DNA from: Eledone cirrhosa
Taxonomy: Eukaryota
Direction: 5' to 3'
Length of the DNA: 64,000 nucleotides
Assembly (NCBI GenBank): GCA_964016885.1
Contig: OZ024742.1
Coordinates: 357,740,001 to 357,804,000 of the forward strand
The notes beneath the pieces were generated by a model, which was given only the letters and a program-made list of their open reading frames with translations, did not search any database and had not been told where the DNA came from. The translations under genes and the position numbers were made by a program. Positions 21,200-33,900 of this stretch are shown piece after piece. Position 1 is the stretch's first letter, and each line of letters opens with the position of its first letter.

Positions 21200-21570
21200 A
21201 CAGTCTGAGCGGTATCTTTCTGTCGTCTCCTCCAAGACAAAATTGGAAAGACAGTGCCATGGAGAACAGCCAGCGACACCTGCTGCAATAGCCACTCCAT
21301 CACAGGGCTCTTTCTTTAAGCAGGTGATTTTTCTGATTTTGCAAAGGAAAATTGCAGTTTGGCAACCTAGAAGACCTGAAGTCTCAATGGCAATTGTGAA
21401 AAGGAAGCATTCTATCAAGTACTGGTATTTGGCAATTTTCCACTCCACTGCAGTCTGAGTAGGAGTGTCTTGGTTTGTGTCTGAAGCAACAAGGCTGCAG
21501 GCAGAGAACAAGTCACAGCATGTAGCATCCCAGATCAGGGATTTACTTCTTTCGTATTGAAAGAAAGTTC
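21200..21570 (-). mobile_element. CRE-clade non-LTR element: restriction-like endonuclease C-terminus (decayed)
   Basis: KSLIWDATCCD...KIAKYQ...FTIAIETSGLLG...WLLQQVSLAVLHG matches the LxWDxT...KxxKY...PxAxETxG...QRxSxAxxxGN pattern. Confidence 0.7.
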
Positions 21571-21618
21571 TCCCCTATGAACAAATGTCATATATTGACA
21601 TAACTTTGAATTAATAAT

Positions 21619-21804
21619 TGTTTCTACTTTTGGCACAAGGCCAGCAATTATCCCAGTGTATTACTGGCACTTTATTTTATCGACCCCGTAAAGACGAAAG
21701 GCAAAGTTAACCTCGGCGGGATTTGAACTCAGATCATAAAGGGCCGTAACTCTTTGCTGAAAGGCATGGCATCTGACTCTCTACCGATACTGCCAATCCA
21801 CCGC
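21619..21804 (-). mobile_element. tRNA-derived SINE, full length with TSD
   Basis: A and B boxes are present. The 16-bp TSD ACTTTGAATTAATAAT lies at 21603-21618 and 21805-21820. Confidence 0.9.
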
Positions 21805-22052
21805 ACTTTGAATTAATAATATTGTGACATCTGAATATTTATAGTAAATCAAATTGACTCTAAAACAGTGTCTGATTAGTAATGTTTGAACTGACTACCA
21901 TTCATTAAGTAGTTAACCATCTTAAACAAATGTTCACTGTAACCCAGTCCATTCATTGTGTTAACTACTTATTTTTATCTTATTTTAATATTATCTTCTT
22001 TAGCAGTAAATTTTCAGTTGTTAGAACATTGGATGAAAAATATTTGATTATA

Positions 22053-22389
22053 GAGGGTGGGCTGTAATTCACACACTAAAGCATTAAAAACAATTTAGTA
22101 CACATGCACTACATTGTTTTGTATTAATTCATTAAGACATTTAACCCTTTAATATTTAAACCAGCTGTATCCTACCAGAATTCGCTCACCTTTCTGTTCA
22201 AATGGGCTGCTCATTCTGATGTTAAGGTAATTTCCTCAAAATAAATAACATTGAAATCTCATAGATTCGATATTACGTGAGATAATCATGTGAGAAAAAG
22301 CCTTTACCACAAAAATACAATAGTATATATAGAGTAATGTAAATGCTAAAGGGTTAAATGCTTTGGTGCATGACTTAAGGCCCACCCTG
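22053..22389. mobile_element. Tc1/mariner-type MITE (TA TSD) hosting a piggyBac MITE
   Basis: TA|GAGGGTGGGCTGTAATTCACACACTAAAGCA ... TGCTTTGGTGCATGACTTAAGGCCCACCCTG|TA. Confidence 0.72.
22145..22353. mobile_element. piggyBac-type MITE
   Basis: TTAA|CCCTTTAATATTTA ... TAAATGCTAAAGGG|TTAA. Confidence 0.8.
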
Positions 22390-22410
22390 TACATCCTGGC
22401 TCACGGCCCA

Positions 22411-22490
22411 CTAAGTTCAAATCCCACCAAAATCAACTTTGCCTTTCACTCTTTAAATGTTTATAAAATACCAGTCCACAACTGGGGTCT
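22411..22490 (+). mobile_element. Old SINE fragment (B box and body)
   Basis: aagttcaaatcccacc...aactttgcctttca...aaataccagt. Confidence 0.6.
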
Positions 22491-23427
22491 GTCCTCTCTC
22501 TCTCTCTCTCTCAGAAATTGACTAACCTGGAGAGCAATGGGCTCTGCCAGGATTAAAATGCCAATAGCAGGCTGTGTCTCAAGATAATGCCTCTGTAACT
22601 AACTACATAGGAAGCTAAGGGACCTTTACTGTTTACATCAGATCCTAAAACAAATTGTTACAAGAGAAAATTAAAAAATTAAAATAATTACTATCACACA
22701 ATATTATTTACTCACTTAAAATGTTAGAAAACAAATAATCCTAAAGAAAACTATGCGACCTTAAATGGTAATATTTTTTATAAGAGACAATTGTTTCTGT
22801 ATTAAAGATAATGCAGTGTAATGGTATTTAAATACAACAGTTAACATCAAAATAAAAAAGATTAAAGAAAAGGAATTGAAAGTAGAAACGTTAAAGAAAA
22901 TGGGAGAAATAAAGAGGAAATTGAGAAAAAAATTTACAAAAATCAAAGGAACAAATTTTTAGTTATATTTTTTCCCACTAAGAGAGTAAATGGGGTTTGA
23001 GATTAGTTAAGAAGAAATCATTAAATACTTTTTTTCTATAGGGTTATGAATGATTTTAATTAAAGGTGGATGTAGTTATAACCTGTTTAGAATAATGTCA
23101 AGAAAATACTTTGGAAAAATTAGCTTTTCAAGAATAATGTATTTTAAGTGTTGAAGAGAAATATAATTATCAGTGTTTCACAGGAAATGGAGAAAATAAA
23201 ATTAAATTAAAAAGAAAACACATGTGAAAGAAAATATTGAATTTACAACTAAAACAGCGTTCTTATATTTGATTGATAGAAACATTATATCTTGAGCTCA
23301 GATTCTTTCATGAATTAACTTATTTAATTAAATCAAATATTAGAAATATCCTTATCATTATAATTAATATAAGTAGGCTGCTTAACATCAATTAGTAACT
23401 GGAGGTATTTTGTATTGGAAAACCTTG

Positions 23428-23790
23428 ATCCATGTGTCTAACACATGTGGGCATGCCAATAAAGTCAGAAAACAGCACAGCTCCCATGACTTTCGGAAAC
23501 ATTTTTTCACACTCAGAATTGTTGAAGCATGGTACAAGCTACCTGCATCAGTTGTTAGCTGCTGGGACACTGCATCCTTTAAAACCACCATGCTTCCTGA
23601 GATTCGGCAACGCTAAACCCTAAACCTGATGTCTCCCCTACATACAACACACACATGTATATCATGACTCGTACACTGTTAATTTTCCTGACATTTGTAC
23701 ATTATTCTATGTACCATACATGCACCTTTGATGAGTTGTAGTGCACCTGAGCACTGTACACAATAATTTCATTATTATTATTATTATTAT
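23428..23790 (+). mobile_element. CR1 3' fragment, same family as 1984-5395
   Basis: HVSNTCGHANKVRKQHSSHDFRKHFFTLRIVEAW is nearly identical to the ORF2 C-terminus at 2101-2290. It has the same 3' stem-loop and (ATT)n tail. Confidence 0.92.
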
Positions 23791-23831
23791 TTCATATTCT
23801 GAACTGAATTTCAAAAGTTGATTTTAATAGA

Positions 23832-23945
23832 TGAGCCCATAGCAGTGGAGACTTCTGGTGTCTTTAGGCCTAGGAAGGACCAAATCCCTACTCACCACCA
23901 TCGGCATGGAGTTAGCTACCCGCAGGTGTGAGCTGAAATGGGCTC
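23832..23945 (+). mobile_element. CRE-clade RLE fragment
   Basis: PIAVETSGVF...KSLLTTIG.ELATRRCE parallels IAIETSGLLG at ~21370-21400. Confidence 0.5.
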
Positions 23946-24258
23946 TTCCAACACATCTCCCTCACCAACCTCCAAAGAAACGTCTTCTCTATTCTGTCTG
24001 TTGGCGTCATAGGGCAGCCATTAAGTGGTCCTCAATTTTCTTATAGCAGTGAGAGGTGGGAGAGCGAGAGAGATGGAGGTAGGGAATATAAAATCTATGA
24101 CATTATCCTAATTGATATTATTTTGAGTAACTGATATTTAAGTACGAAGCCAGAGTAAACAGTTTCCAGCCTCTTCATTCCCATATTCAGTCATTTCAAA
24201 GGCTTAGATGTAATTTTAAAATAAATCATTACATATTGTTTGTCTGTATATGTCAAGG

Positions 24259-24448
24259 TGCGGTGGATTGGCAGTATCAGTAGAGCGTCAGACGCCATGC
24301 TTTGACGCATAGAGTTACGACCCTTTCCATTCTGAGTTCAAATCCTGCCGAGTTTAACTTTACCTTTCATCCTTACAGGGTTGATAAAATAAAGTACCAG
24401 TAATGTACTGGGTATTTCATGGCCTTGTGCCAAAAGTAGAAAAAAATG
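24259..24448 (+). mobile_element. tRNA-derived SINE, full length with TSD
   Basis: A box TGGCAGTATCAG and B box GAGTTCAAATCC. The TSD ATATGTCAAGG lies at 24248-24258 and 24449-24459. Confidence 0.9.
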
Positions 24449-24649
24449 ATATGTCAAGGAGTAAAAAGCTTGTTTATATCCAGTTGCTGTTGGAAAGTAT
24501 ATCAGTAATGAGAGCTGCAGAGTGAAAGAAAGTGACAGATTTATTAAGTTTTTTAAAAACATTAAAAAAATAACCCCATAAGTCCCTACATTTTGAAAAG
24601 TTTCTGTAAGACATCATTGTTTAAGCTGCTGAAAGGAGGGTTTGAGGAC

Positions 24650-24748
24650 TTTCTCAGGAATAAGTGGGTGAAGAAGAAGAAGAAGAAGTAGGAGAAGGAG
24701 AAGAAGAAGAAGGAGAAGGAGAAGGAGAAGAAGAAGAAGAAGAAGAAG
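24650..24748 (+). repeat. (GAA/GGA)n tract, probably the expanded tail of an RTE 3' end
   Basis: tctcaggaataagtgggtgaaga matches tctcaggaatatgtgggggatgaaga at ~15406-15431 and is followed by (GAA)n. Confidence 0.7.
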
Positions 24749-24780
24749 CTTCATGCATCATATAGACAGCCAGTGCTCAC

Positions 24781-24881
24781 CTCATAAATTCTAACCAGCT
24801 CTTTTGGTCTCTTATCCTAAAGATCTCTATCAACTTTTCAAAATCTTCTTTTTCCCAACACACTTCAATGAGGAGAAGTTT
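24781..24881 (-). other. Candidate 101-nt coding exon of an unidentified host gene
   Basis: Acceptor ctttgtAG, donor AG|GTGAGC, and an open frame KLLLIEVCWEKEDFEKLIEIFRIRDQKSWLEFM. Confidence 0.35.
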
Positions 24882-24937
24882 CTACAAAGCTCATGAAGGA
24901 CCCAAAATGAAATACTGCTCTCAAATCTGCTGTTACG

Positions 24938-27900
24938 AAGAGAGATGTGGTGGCCGTCATCCTTGTCCTAGAGTGTTGTGAGAGAGAGAGATGTAGTGGC
25001 TGTCATCCTTGCCCTAGAGTGTTGTGAGAGAGATGTGGTGGCTGTCATCCTTGTCTTATAGTGTTGTGTGAGAGATGTGGTGGCTGTCATCCTTGTCCTA
25101 TAGTGTTGTGTGAGAGATGTGGTGGCTGTCATCCTTGTCCTAGAGTGTTGTGTGAGAGATGTGGTGGTTGTCATCCTTGTCCTAGAGTGTTGTGACAGAG
25201 AGAGAGATGTGGTGGCTGTCATCCTTGTCCTAGAGTGTTGTGTGAGAGATGTGGTGGCTGTAATCGTTGTCCTATAGTGTTGTGACAGAGATGTGGTGGC
25301 TGTCATCCTTGTCCTATAGTGTTGTGACAGAGATGTGGTGGCTGTCATCCTTGTTCTAGAGTGTTGTGACAGGGATGTGGTGGCTGTCATCCTTGTCCTA
25401 TAGTGTTGTGACAGGGATGTGGTGGCTGTCATCCTTGTCCTAGAGTGTTGTGAGAGAGATCTGGTGGCTGTCATCCTTGTCCTATAGTGTTGTGAGAGAG
25501 AGATGTGGTGGCTGTCATCCTTGTCCTAGAGTGTTGTGTGAGAGATGTGGTGGCTGTCATCCTTGTCCTAGAGTGTTGGGAGCGAGAGATGTGGTGGCTG
25601 TCATCCTTGTCCTATAGTGTTGTGACAGAGATGTGGTGGCTGTCATCCTTGTCCTAGAGTGTTGTGAGAGAGATGTGGTGGCTGTCATCCTTGTCCTAGA
25701 GTGTTGTGAGAGAGATGTGGTGGCTGTCATCCTTGTCCTAGAGTGTTCTGAGAGAGATGTGGTGGCTGTCATCCTTGTCCTATAGTGTTGTGACAGAGAT
25801 GTGGTGGCTGTCATCCTTGTCCTAGAGTGTTGTGAGAGAGATGTGGTGGCTGTCATCCTTGTCCTAGAGTGTTGTGAGAGAGATCTGGTGGCTGTCATCC
25901 TTGTCCTAGAGTGTTGTGACAGGGATGTGGTGGCTGTCATCCTTGTTCTAGAGTGTTGTGACAGGGATGTGGTGGCTGTCATCCTTGTCCTATAGTGTTG
26001 TGAGAGAGATGTGGTGGCTGTCATCCTTGTCCTATAGTGTTGTGACAGGGATGTGGTGGCTGTCATCCTTGTCCTAGAGTGTTGTGAGAGAGATCTGGTG
26101 GCTGTCATCCTTGTCCTATAGTGTTGTGAGAGAGAGATGTGGTGGCTGTCATCCTTGTCCTAGAGTGTTGTGTGAGAGATGTGGTGGCTGTCATCCTTGT
26201 CCTAGAGTGTTGTGAGCGAGAGATGTGGTGGCTGTCATCCTTGTCCTATAGTGTTGTGACAGAGATGTGGTGGCTGTCATCCTTGTCCTAGAGTGTTGTG
26301 AGAGAGATGTGGTGGCTGTCATCCTTGTCCTAGAGTGTTGTGAGAGAGATGTGGTGGCTGTCATCCTTGTCCTAGAGTGTTGTGACAGAGATGTGGTGGC
26401 TGTCATCCTTGTCCTAGAGTGTTGTGAGAGAGATGTGGTGGCTGTCATCCTTGTCCTAGAGTGTTCTGAGAGAGATGTGGTGGCTGTCATCCTTGTCATA
26501 TAGTGTTGTGAGCGAGAGATGTGGTGGCTGTCATCCTTGTCCTATAGTGTTGTGACAGAGATGTGGTGGCTGTCATCCTTGTCCTAGAGTGTTCTGAGAG
26601 AGATGTGGTGGCTGTCATCCTTGTCCTAGAGTGTTGTGAGCGAGAGATGTGGTGGCTGTCATCCTTGTCCTATAGTGTTGTGACAGAGATGTGGTGGCTG
26701 TCATCCTTGTCCTAGAGTGTTGTGAGAGAGATGTGGTGGCTGTCATCCTTGTCCTAGAGTGTTCTGAGAGAGATGTGGTGGCTGTCATCCTTGTCATATA
26801 GTGTTGTGACAGGGATGTGGTGGCTGTCATCCTTGTCCTAGAGTGTTGTGAGAGAGATGTGGTGGCTGTCATCCTTGTCCTAGAGTGTTGTGAGAGAGAT
26901 GTGGTGGCTGTCATCCTTGTCCTATAGTGTCCTGAGAGAGATGTGGTGGCTGTCATCCTTGTCCTATAGTGTTGTGAGAGGGATGTGGTGGCTGTCATCC
27001 TTGTCCTAGTGTTGTGAGAGATATGTGGTGGCTGTCATCCTTGTCCTAGAGTGTTGTGACAGATGTGGGGGCTGTCTTCCTTGTCCTATTGTGTTGTGAG
27101 AGAGAGAGAGATGTGGTGGCTGTCATCCTTGTCCTAGACTGTTGTGAGAGAGAGAGATGTGGTGGCTGTCATCCTTGTCCTATAGTGTAGTGAGAGAGAG
27201 AGATGTAGTGGCTGTTATCCTTGTCCTATAGTGTTGTGATAGAGAGAGATGTAGTGGCTGTTATCCTTGTCCTATAGTGTTGTGTGAGAGATGTGGTGGC
27301 TGTCATCCTTGTACTAGAGTGTTGTGAGAGAGAGAAGTGGTGTCTGTCATCCATGTCCTATAATGTTGTGTGAGAGATGTGGTGGCTGTCATCCTTGTAC
27401 TAGAGTGGTGTGACAGAGATGTGTGGGCTGTCATCCTTGTCCTAGAGTGTTGTGAGAGAGAGAGATGTGGTGGCTATTATCCTTGTCATAGAGTGTTGTG
27501 AGAGAGATGTGTGGGCTGTCATCCTTGTCCTATAGTGTTGTGTGAGAGAGATGTGGTGGCTATTATCCTTGTCCTAGAGTGTTGTGAGAGAGATGTGGTG
27601 GCTGTCATCCTTGTCCTATAGTGTTGTGAGAGAGAGAGATGTGCTGGCTGTCGTCCTTCTCCTATAGTGTTGTGAGAGAGAGAGATGTGGTGGCTGTCAT
27701 CCTTGACCTATAGTGTTGTGTGAGAGAGATGTGGTGGCTGTTGTCCATGTCCTATAGTGTTGTGAGAGAGAGAGATGTGGTGGCTGTCATGCTTGTCCTA
27801 TAGTGTTGTGTGCGAGATGAGGTGGCTGTCATCCTTGTCCTAGAGTGTTGTGTGAGAGATGTGGTGGCCGTCATCCTTGTCCCAGAGTGTGGTGTGAGAG

Positions 27901-30900
27901 ATGTGGTGGCTGTCATCCTTGTCCTATAGTGTTGTGTGATAGATGTGGTGGCTGTCATCCTTGTCCTAGAGTGTTGTGAGAGAGATGTGGTGGCTGTCAT
28001 CCTTGTCCTAGAGTGTTGTGAGAGAGATGTGGTGGCTGTCATCCTTGTCCTAGAGTGTTGTGAGAGAGATGTGGTGGCCGTCATCCTTTTCCTAGAGTGT
28101 TGTGAGAGAGATGTGGTGGCTGTCATCCTTGTCCTAGAGTTTGGTGTGAGAGATGTGGTGGCTGTCATCCTTGTCCTATAGTGTTGTGAGAGATGTGGTG
28201 GCTGTCATCCTCGTCCTATTGTGTTGAGAGAGAGATGTAGTGACTGTCATCCTTGTCCTAGAGTGTTGAGAGAGAGATGTGGTGGCTGTCATCCTTGTCC
28301 TATAGTGTTGTGTGAGAGATGTGGTGGCTGTCATCCTTGTCCTAGAGTGTGGTGTGAGAGATGTGGTGGCTGTCATCCTTGTCCTATAGTGTTGTGTGAG
28401 AGATGTGGTGGCTGTCATCCTTGTCCTAGAGTGTTGTGAGAGAGATGTGGTGGCTGTCATCCTTGTCCTATAGTGTTGTGAGAGAGATGTGGTGGCTGTC
28501 ATCCTTGTACTATAGTGTTGTGTGAGAGATGTGGTGGCCGTCATCCTTGTCCTAGAGTGTTGTGAGAGGGATGTGGTGGCTGTCATCCTTGTCCTAGAGT
28601 GTGGTGTGAGAGATGTGGTGGCTGTCATCCTTGTCCTATAGTGTTGTGAGAGAGAGAGATGTGCTGGCTGTCGTCCTTCTCCTATAGTGTTGTGTGAGAG
28701 AGATATGGTGGCTGTTGTCCATGTCCTATAGTGTTGTGAGAGAGAGAGATGTGGTGGCTGTCATCCTTGTCCTATAGTGTTGTGAGAGAGAGAGATGTGG
28801 TGGCTGTCATCCTTGTCCTATAATGTTGTGAGAGAGAGAGATGTGGTGGCTGTCATCGTTGTCTATAGTGTTGAGAGAGAGATGTGGTGGCTGTCATCCT
28901 TGTCCTATAATGTTGTGAGAGAGAGAGATGTGGTGGCTGTCTTCGTTTTCCTAGAGTGTTGTGAGAGAGAGAGATGTGGTGGCTGTCATCCTTGTCCTAT
29001 AGTGTTGAGAGAGAGATGTGGTGGCTGTCATCCTTGTCCTATAATGTTGTGAGAGAGAGAGATGTGGTGGCTGTCATCGTTGTCCTAGAGTGTTGTGAGA
29101 GATAGAGAGATGTGGTGGCCGTCATCCTTGTCCTGGAGTGTTTTGTGAGAGATGTGGTGGCTGTCATCCTTGTCCTAGAGTGTTGTGAGAGAGATGTGGG
29201 GGCCGTCATCCTTGTCCTAGAGTGTGGTGTGAGAGATGTGGTGGCTGTCATCCTTGTCCTAGAGTGTTGTGAGAGAGATGTGGTGGCCGTCATCCTTGTC
29301 CTAGAGTTTTGTGAGAGAGATGTGGTTGCTGTCATCCTTGTCCTATAGTGTTGTGAGAGAGATGTGGTGGCTGTCATCCTTGTCCTAGAGTGTTGTGAGA
29401 GATATGTGGTGGCTGTCATCCTTGTCCTATAGTGTTGTGACAGAGATGTGGTTGCTGTCATCCTTGTCCTAGAGTGTTGTGAGAGAGATGTGGTGGCGGT
29501 CATCCTTGTCCTAGAGTGTTGTGAGAGAGATGTGGTGGCTGTCATCCTTGTCCTAGAGTGTTGTGAGAGAGATGTGGTGGCCGTCATCCTTGTCCTAGAG
29601 TGTTGTGAGAGAGATGTGGTGGCTGTCATCCTTGTCCTAGAGTGTGGTGTGAGAGATGTGGTGGCTGTCATCCTTGTCCTATAGTGTTGTGTGAGAGATG
29701 TGGTGGCTGTCATCCTTGTCCTAGAGTTTTGTGAGAGAGATGTGGTGGCTGTTATCCTTGTCCTATAGTGTTGAAAGAGAGATGTGGTGGCCGTCATCCT
29801 TGTTCTAGAGTGTTGTCAGAGAGATGTTGTGGCTGTCATCCTTGTCCTATAGTGTTGAGAGAGATGTGGTGGCTGTCATCCTTGTCCTAGATTGTTGTGT
29901 GAGAGATGTGGTGGCCGTCATCCTTGTCCTAGAGTGTTGTGAGAGAGATGTGGTGGCTGTCATCCTTGTCCTATAGTGTTGTGTGAGAGATGTGGTGGCT
30001 GTCATCCTTGTCCTATAGTGTTGTGTGAGAGATGTGGTGGCTGTCATCCTTGTCCTATAGTGTTGAGAGAGAGATGTGGTGGCTGTCATCCTTGTCCTAT
30101 AGTGTGTATGAGAGATGTGGTGGCCGTCATCCTTGTCCTAGAGTGTTGTGAGAGAGATGTGGTGGCTGTCATCCTTGTCCTAGAGTGTGGTGTGAAAGAT
30201 GTGGTGGCTGTCATCCTTGTCCTATAGTGTTGTGTGAGAGATGTGGTGGCTGTCATCCTTGTCCTAGAGTGTTGTGAGAGAGAGAGATGTGGTGGCTGTC
30301 ATCCTTGTCCTATATGTATTGTGAGAGAGATGTGGTGGCTGTCATCCTTGTCCTAGAGTGTTGTGTGAGAGATGTGGTGGCCGTCATCCTTGTCCTATAG
30401 TGTTGTGAGAGATGTGGTGGCTGTCATCCTCGTCCTATTGTGTTGAGAGAGAGATGTAGTGACTGTCATCCTTGTCCTAGAATGTTGTGAGAGAGATGTG
30501 GTGGCTGTCATCCTTGTCCTATAGTGTTGTGTGAGAGATGTGGTGGCTGTCATCCTTGTCCTAGAGTGTGGTGTGAGAGATGTGGTGGCTGTCATCCTTG
30601 TCCTATAGTGTTGTGTGAGAGATGTGGTGGCTGTCATCCTTGTCCTAGAGTGTTGTGAGAGAGATGTGGGGGCTGTCATCCTTGTCCTATAGTGTTGTGA
30701 GAGAGATGTGGTGGCTGTCATCCTTGTACTATAGTGTTGTGTGAGAGATGTGGTGGCCGTCATCCTTGTCCTAGAGTGTTGTGAGAGAGATGTGGTGGCT
30801 GTCATCCTTGTCCTAGAGTGTGGTGTAAGAGATGTGGTGGCTGTCATCCTTGTCCTATAGTGTTGTGAGAGAGAGAGATGTGCTGGCTGTCGTCCTTCTC

Positions 30901-33900
30901 CTATAGTGTTGTGTGAGAGAGATGTGGTGGCTGTTGTCCATGTCCTATAGTGTTGTGAGAGAGAGATGTGGTGGCTGTCATCCTTGTCCTATAGTGTTGT
31001 GAGAGAGAGAGATGTGGTGGCTGTCATCCTTGTCCTATAATGTTGTGAGAGAGAGAGATGTGGTGGCTGTCATCGTTGTCTATAGTGTTGAGAGAGAGAT
31101 GTGGTGGCTGTCATCCTTGTCCTATAATGTTGTGAGAGAGAGAGATGTGGTGGCTGTCTTCGTTGTCCTAGAGTGTTGTGAGAGAGAGAGATGTGGTGGC
31201 TGTCATCCTTGTCCTATAGTGTTGAGAGAGAGATGTGGTGGCTGTCATCCTTGTCCTATAATGTTGTGAGAGAGAGAGATGTGGTGGCTGTCATCGTTGT
31301 CCTAGAGTGTTGTGAGAGATAGAGAGATGTGGTGGCCGTCATCCTTGTCCTGGAGTGTTTTGTGAGAGATGTGGTGGCTGTCATCCTTGTCCTAGAGTGT
31401 TGTGAGAGAGATGTGGGGGCCGTCATCCTTGTCCTAGAGTGTGGTGTGAGAGATGTGGTGGCTGTCATCCTTGTCCTAGAGTGTTGTGAGAGAGATGTGG
31501 TGGCTGTCATCCTTGTCCTAGAGTTTTGTGAGAGAGATGTGGTTGCTGTCATCCTTGTCCTATAGTGTTGTGAGAGAGATGTGGTGGCTGTCATCCTTGT
31601 CCTAGAGTGTTGTGAGAGATATGTGGTGGCTGTCATCCTTGTCCTATAGTGTTGTGACAGAGATGTGGTTGCTGTCATCCTTGTCCTAGAGTGTTGTGAG
31701 AGAGATGTGGTGGCGGTCATCCTTGTCCTAGAGTGTTGTGAGAGAGATGTGGTGGCTGTCATCCTTGTCCTAGAGTGTTGTGAGAGAGATGTGGTGGCCG
31801 TCATCCTTGTCCTAGAGTGTTGTGAGAGAGATGTGGTGGCTGTCATCCTTGTCCTAGAGTGTGGTGTGAGAGATGTGGTGGCTGTCATCCTTGTCCTATA
31901 GTGTTGTGTGAGAGATGTGGTGGCTGTCATCCTTGTCCTAGAGTTTTGTGAGAGAGATGTGGTGGCTGTTATCCTTGTCCTATAGTGTTGAAAGAGAGAT
32001 GTGGTGGCCGTCATCCTTGTTCTAGAGTGTTGTCAGAGAGATGTTGTGGCTGTCATCCTTGTCCTATAGTGTTGAGAGAGAGATGTGGTGGCTGTCATCC
32101 TTGTCCTAGATTGTTGTGTGAGAGATGTGGTGGCCGTCATCCTTGTCCTAGAATGTTGTGAGAGAGATGTGGTGGCTGTCATCCTTGTCCTATAGTGTTG
32201 TGTGAGAGATGTGGTGGCTGTCATCCTTGTCCTATAGTGTTGTGTGAGAGATGTGGTGGCTGTCATCCTTGTCCTATAGTGTTGAGAGAGAGATGTGGTG
32301 GCTGTCATCCTTGTCCTATAGTGTGTGTGAGAGATGTGGTGGCCGTCATCCTTGTCCTAGAGTGTTGTGAGAGAGATGTGGTGGCTGTCATCCTTGTCCT
32401 AGAGTGTGGTGTGAGAGATGTGGTGGCTGTCATCCTTGTCCTATAGTGTTGTGTGAGAGATGTGGTGGCTGTCATCCTTGTCCTAGAGTGTTGTGAGAGA
32501 GAGAGATGTGGTGGCTGTCATCCTTGTCCTATATGTGTTGTGAGAGAGATGTGGTGGCTGTCATCCTTGTCCTAGAGTGTTGTGAGAGATATGTGGTGGC
32601 TGTCATCCTTGTCCTATAGTGTTGTGACAGAGATGTGGTTGCTGTCATCCCTGTCCTAGAGTGTTGTGAGAGAGATGTGGTGGCTGTCATCCTTGTCCTA
32701 TAGTGTTGTGAGAGAGATGTGGTGGCTGTCATCCTTGTCCTAGAGTGTTGTGAGAGAGATGTGGTGGCTGTCATCCTTGTCCTATAGTGTTGTGTGAGAG
32801 ATGTGGTGGCTGTCATCCTTGTCCTAGAGTGTTGTGAGAGAGATGTGGTGGCCGTCATCCTTGTCCTAGAGTGTTGTGAGAGAGATGTGGTGGCTGTCAT
32901 CCTTGTCCTAGAGTGTTGTGAGAGAGAGAGAGATGTGGTGGCTGTCACCCTTGTCCTAGAGTGTTGTTACAGAGATGTGGTGGCTGTCATCCATGTCCTA
33001 GAGTGTTGGTGTGAGAGATGTGGTGGCTGTCATCCTTGTCCTATAGTGTTGTGACAGAGATGTGGTGGCCGTCATCCTTGTCCTAGAGTGTTGTGTGAGA
33101 GATGTGGTGGCTGTCATCCTTGTCCTATAGTGTTGAGAGAGAGATGTGGTGGCTGTAATGCTTGTCCTATAGTGTTGTGTGAGAGACGTGGTGGCTGTCA
33201 TCCTTGTCCTAGAGTGTTGTGTGAGAGATGTGGTGGCTGTCATCCTTGTCCTAGAGTGTTGTGTGAGAGAGGTGGTGGCCGTCATCCTTGTCCTAGAGTG
33301 TTGTGAGAGAGATGTGGTGGCTGTCATCCTTGTCCTATAGTGTTGAGAGAGAGATGTGGTGGCCGTCATCCTTGTCCTAGAGTGTTGTGAGAGAGATGTT
33401 GTGGCTGTCATCCTTGTCCTATAGTGTTGAGAGAGAGATGTGGTGGCTGTCATCCTTGTCCTAGAGTGTTGTGTGAGAGATGTGGTGGCCGTCATCCTTG
33501 TCCCAGAGTGTGGTGTGAGAGATGTGGTGGCTGTCATCCTTGTCCTATAGTGTTGTGTGAGAGATGTGGTGGCTGTCATCCTTGTCCTATAGTGTTGAGA
33601 GAGAGATGTGGTGGCTGTCATCCTTGTCCTATAGTGTTGTGTGAGAGATGTGGTGGCCGTCATCCTTGTCCTAGAGTGTTTTGAGAGAGATGTGGTGGCT
33701 GTCATCCTTGTCCTATAGTGTTGAGAGAGAGATGTGGTGGCTGTAATGCTTGTCCTATAGTGTTGTGAGAGATATGTGGTGGCTGTCATCCTTGTCCTAT
33801 AGTGTTGTGACAGAGATTTGGTTGCTGTCATCCCTGTCCTAGAGTGTTGTGAGAGAGATGTGGTGGCTGTCATCCTTGTCCTATAGTGTTGTGAGAGAGA

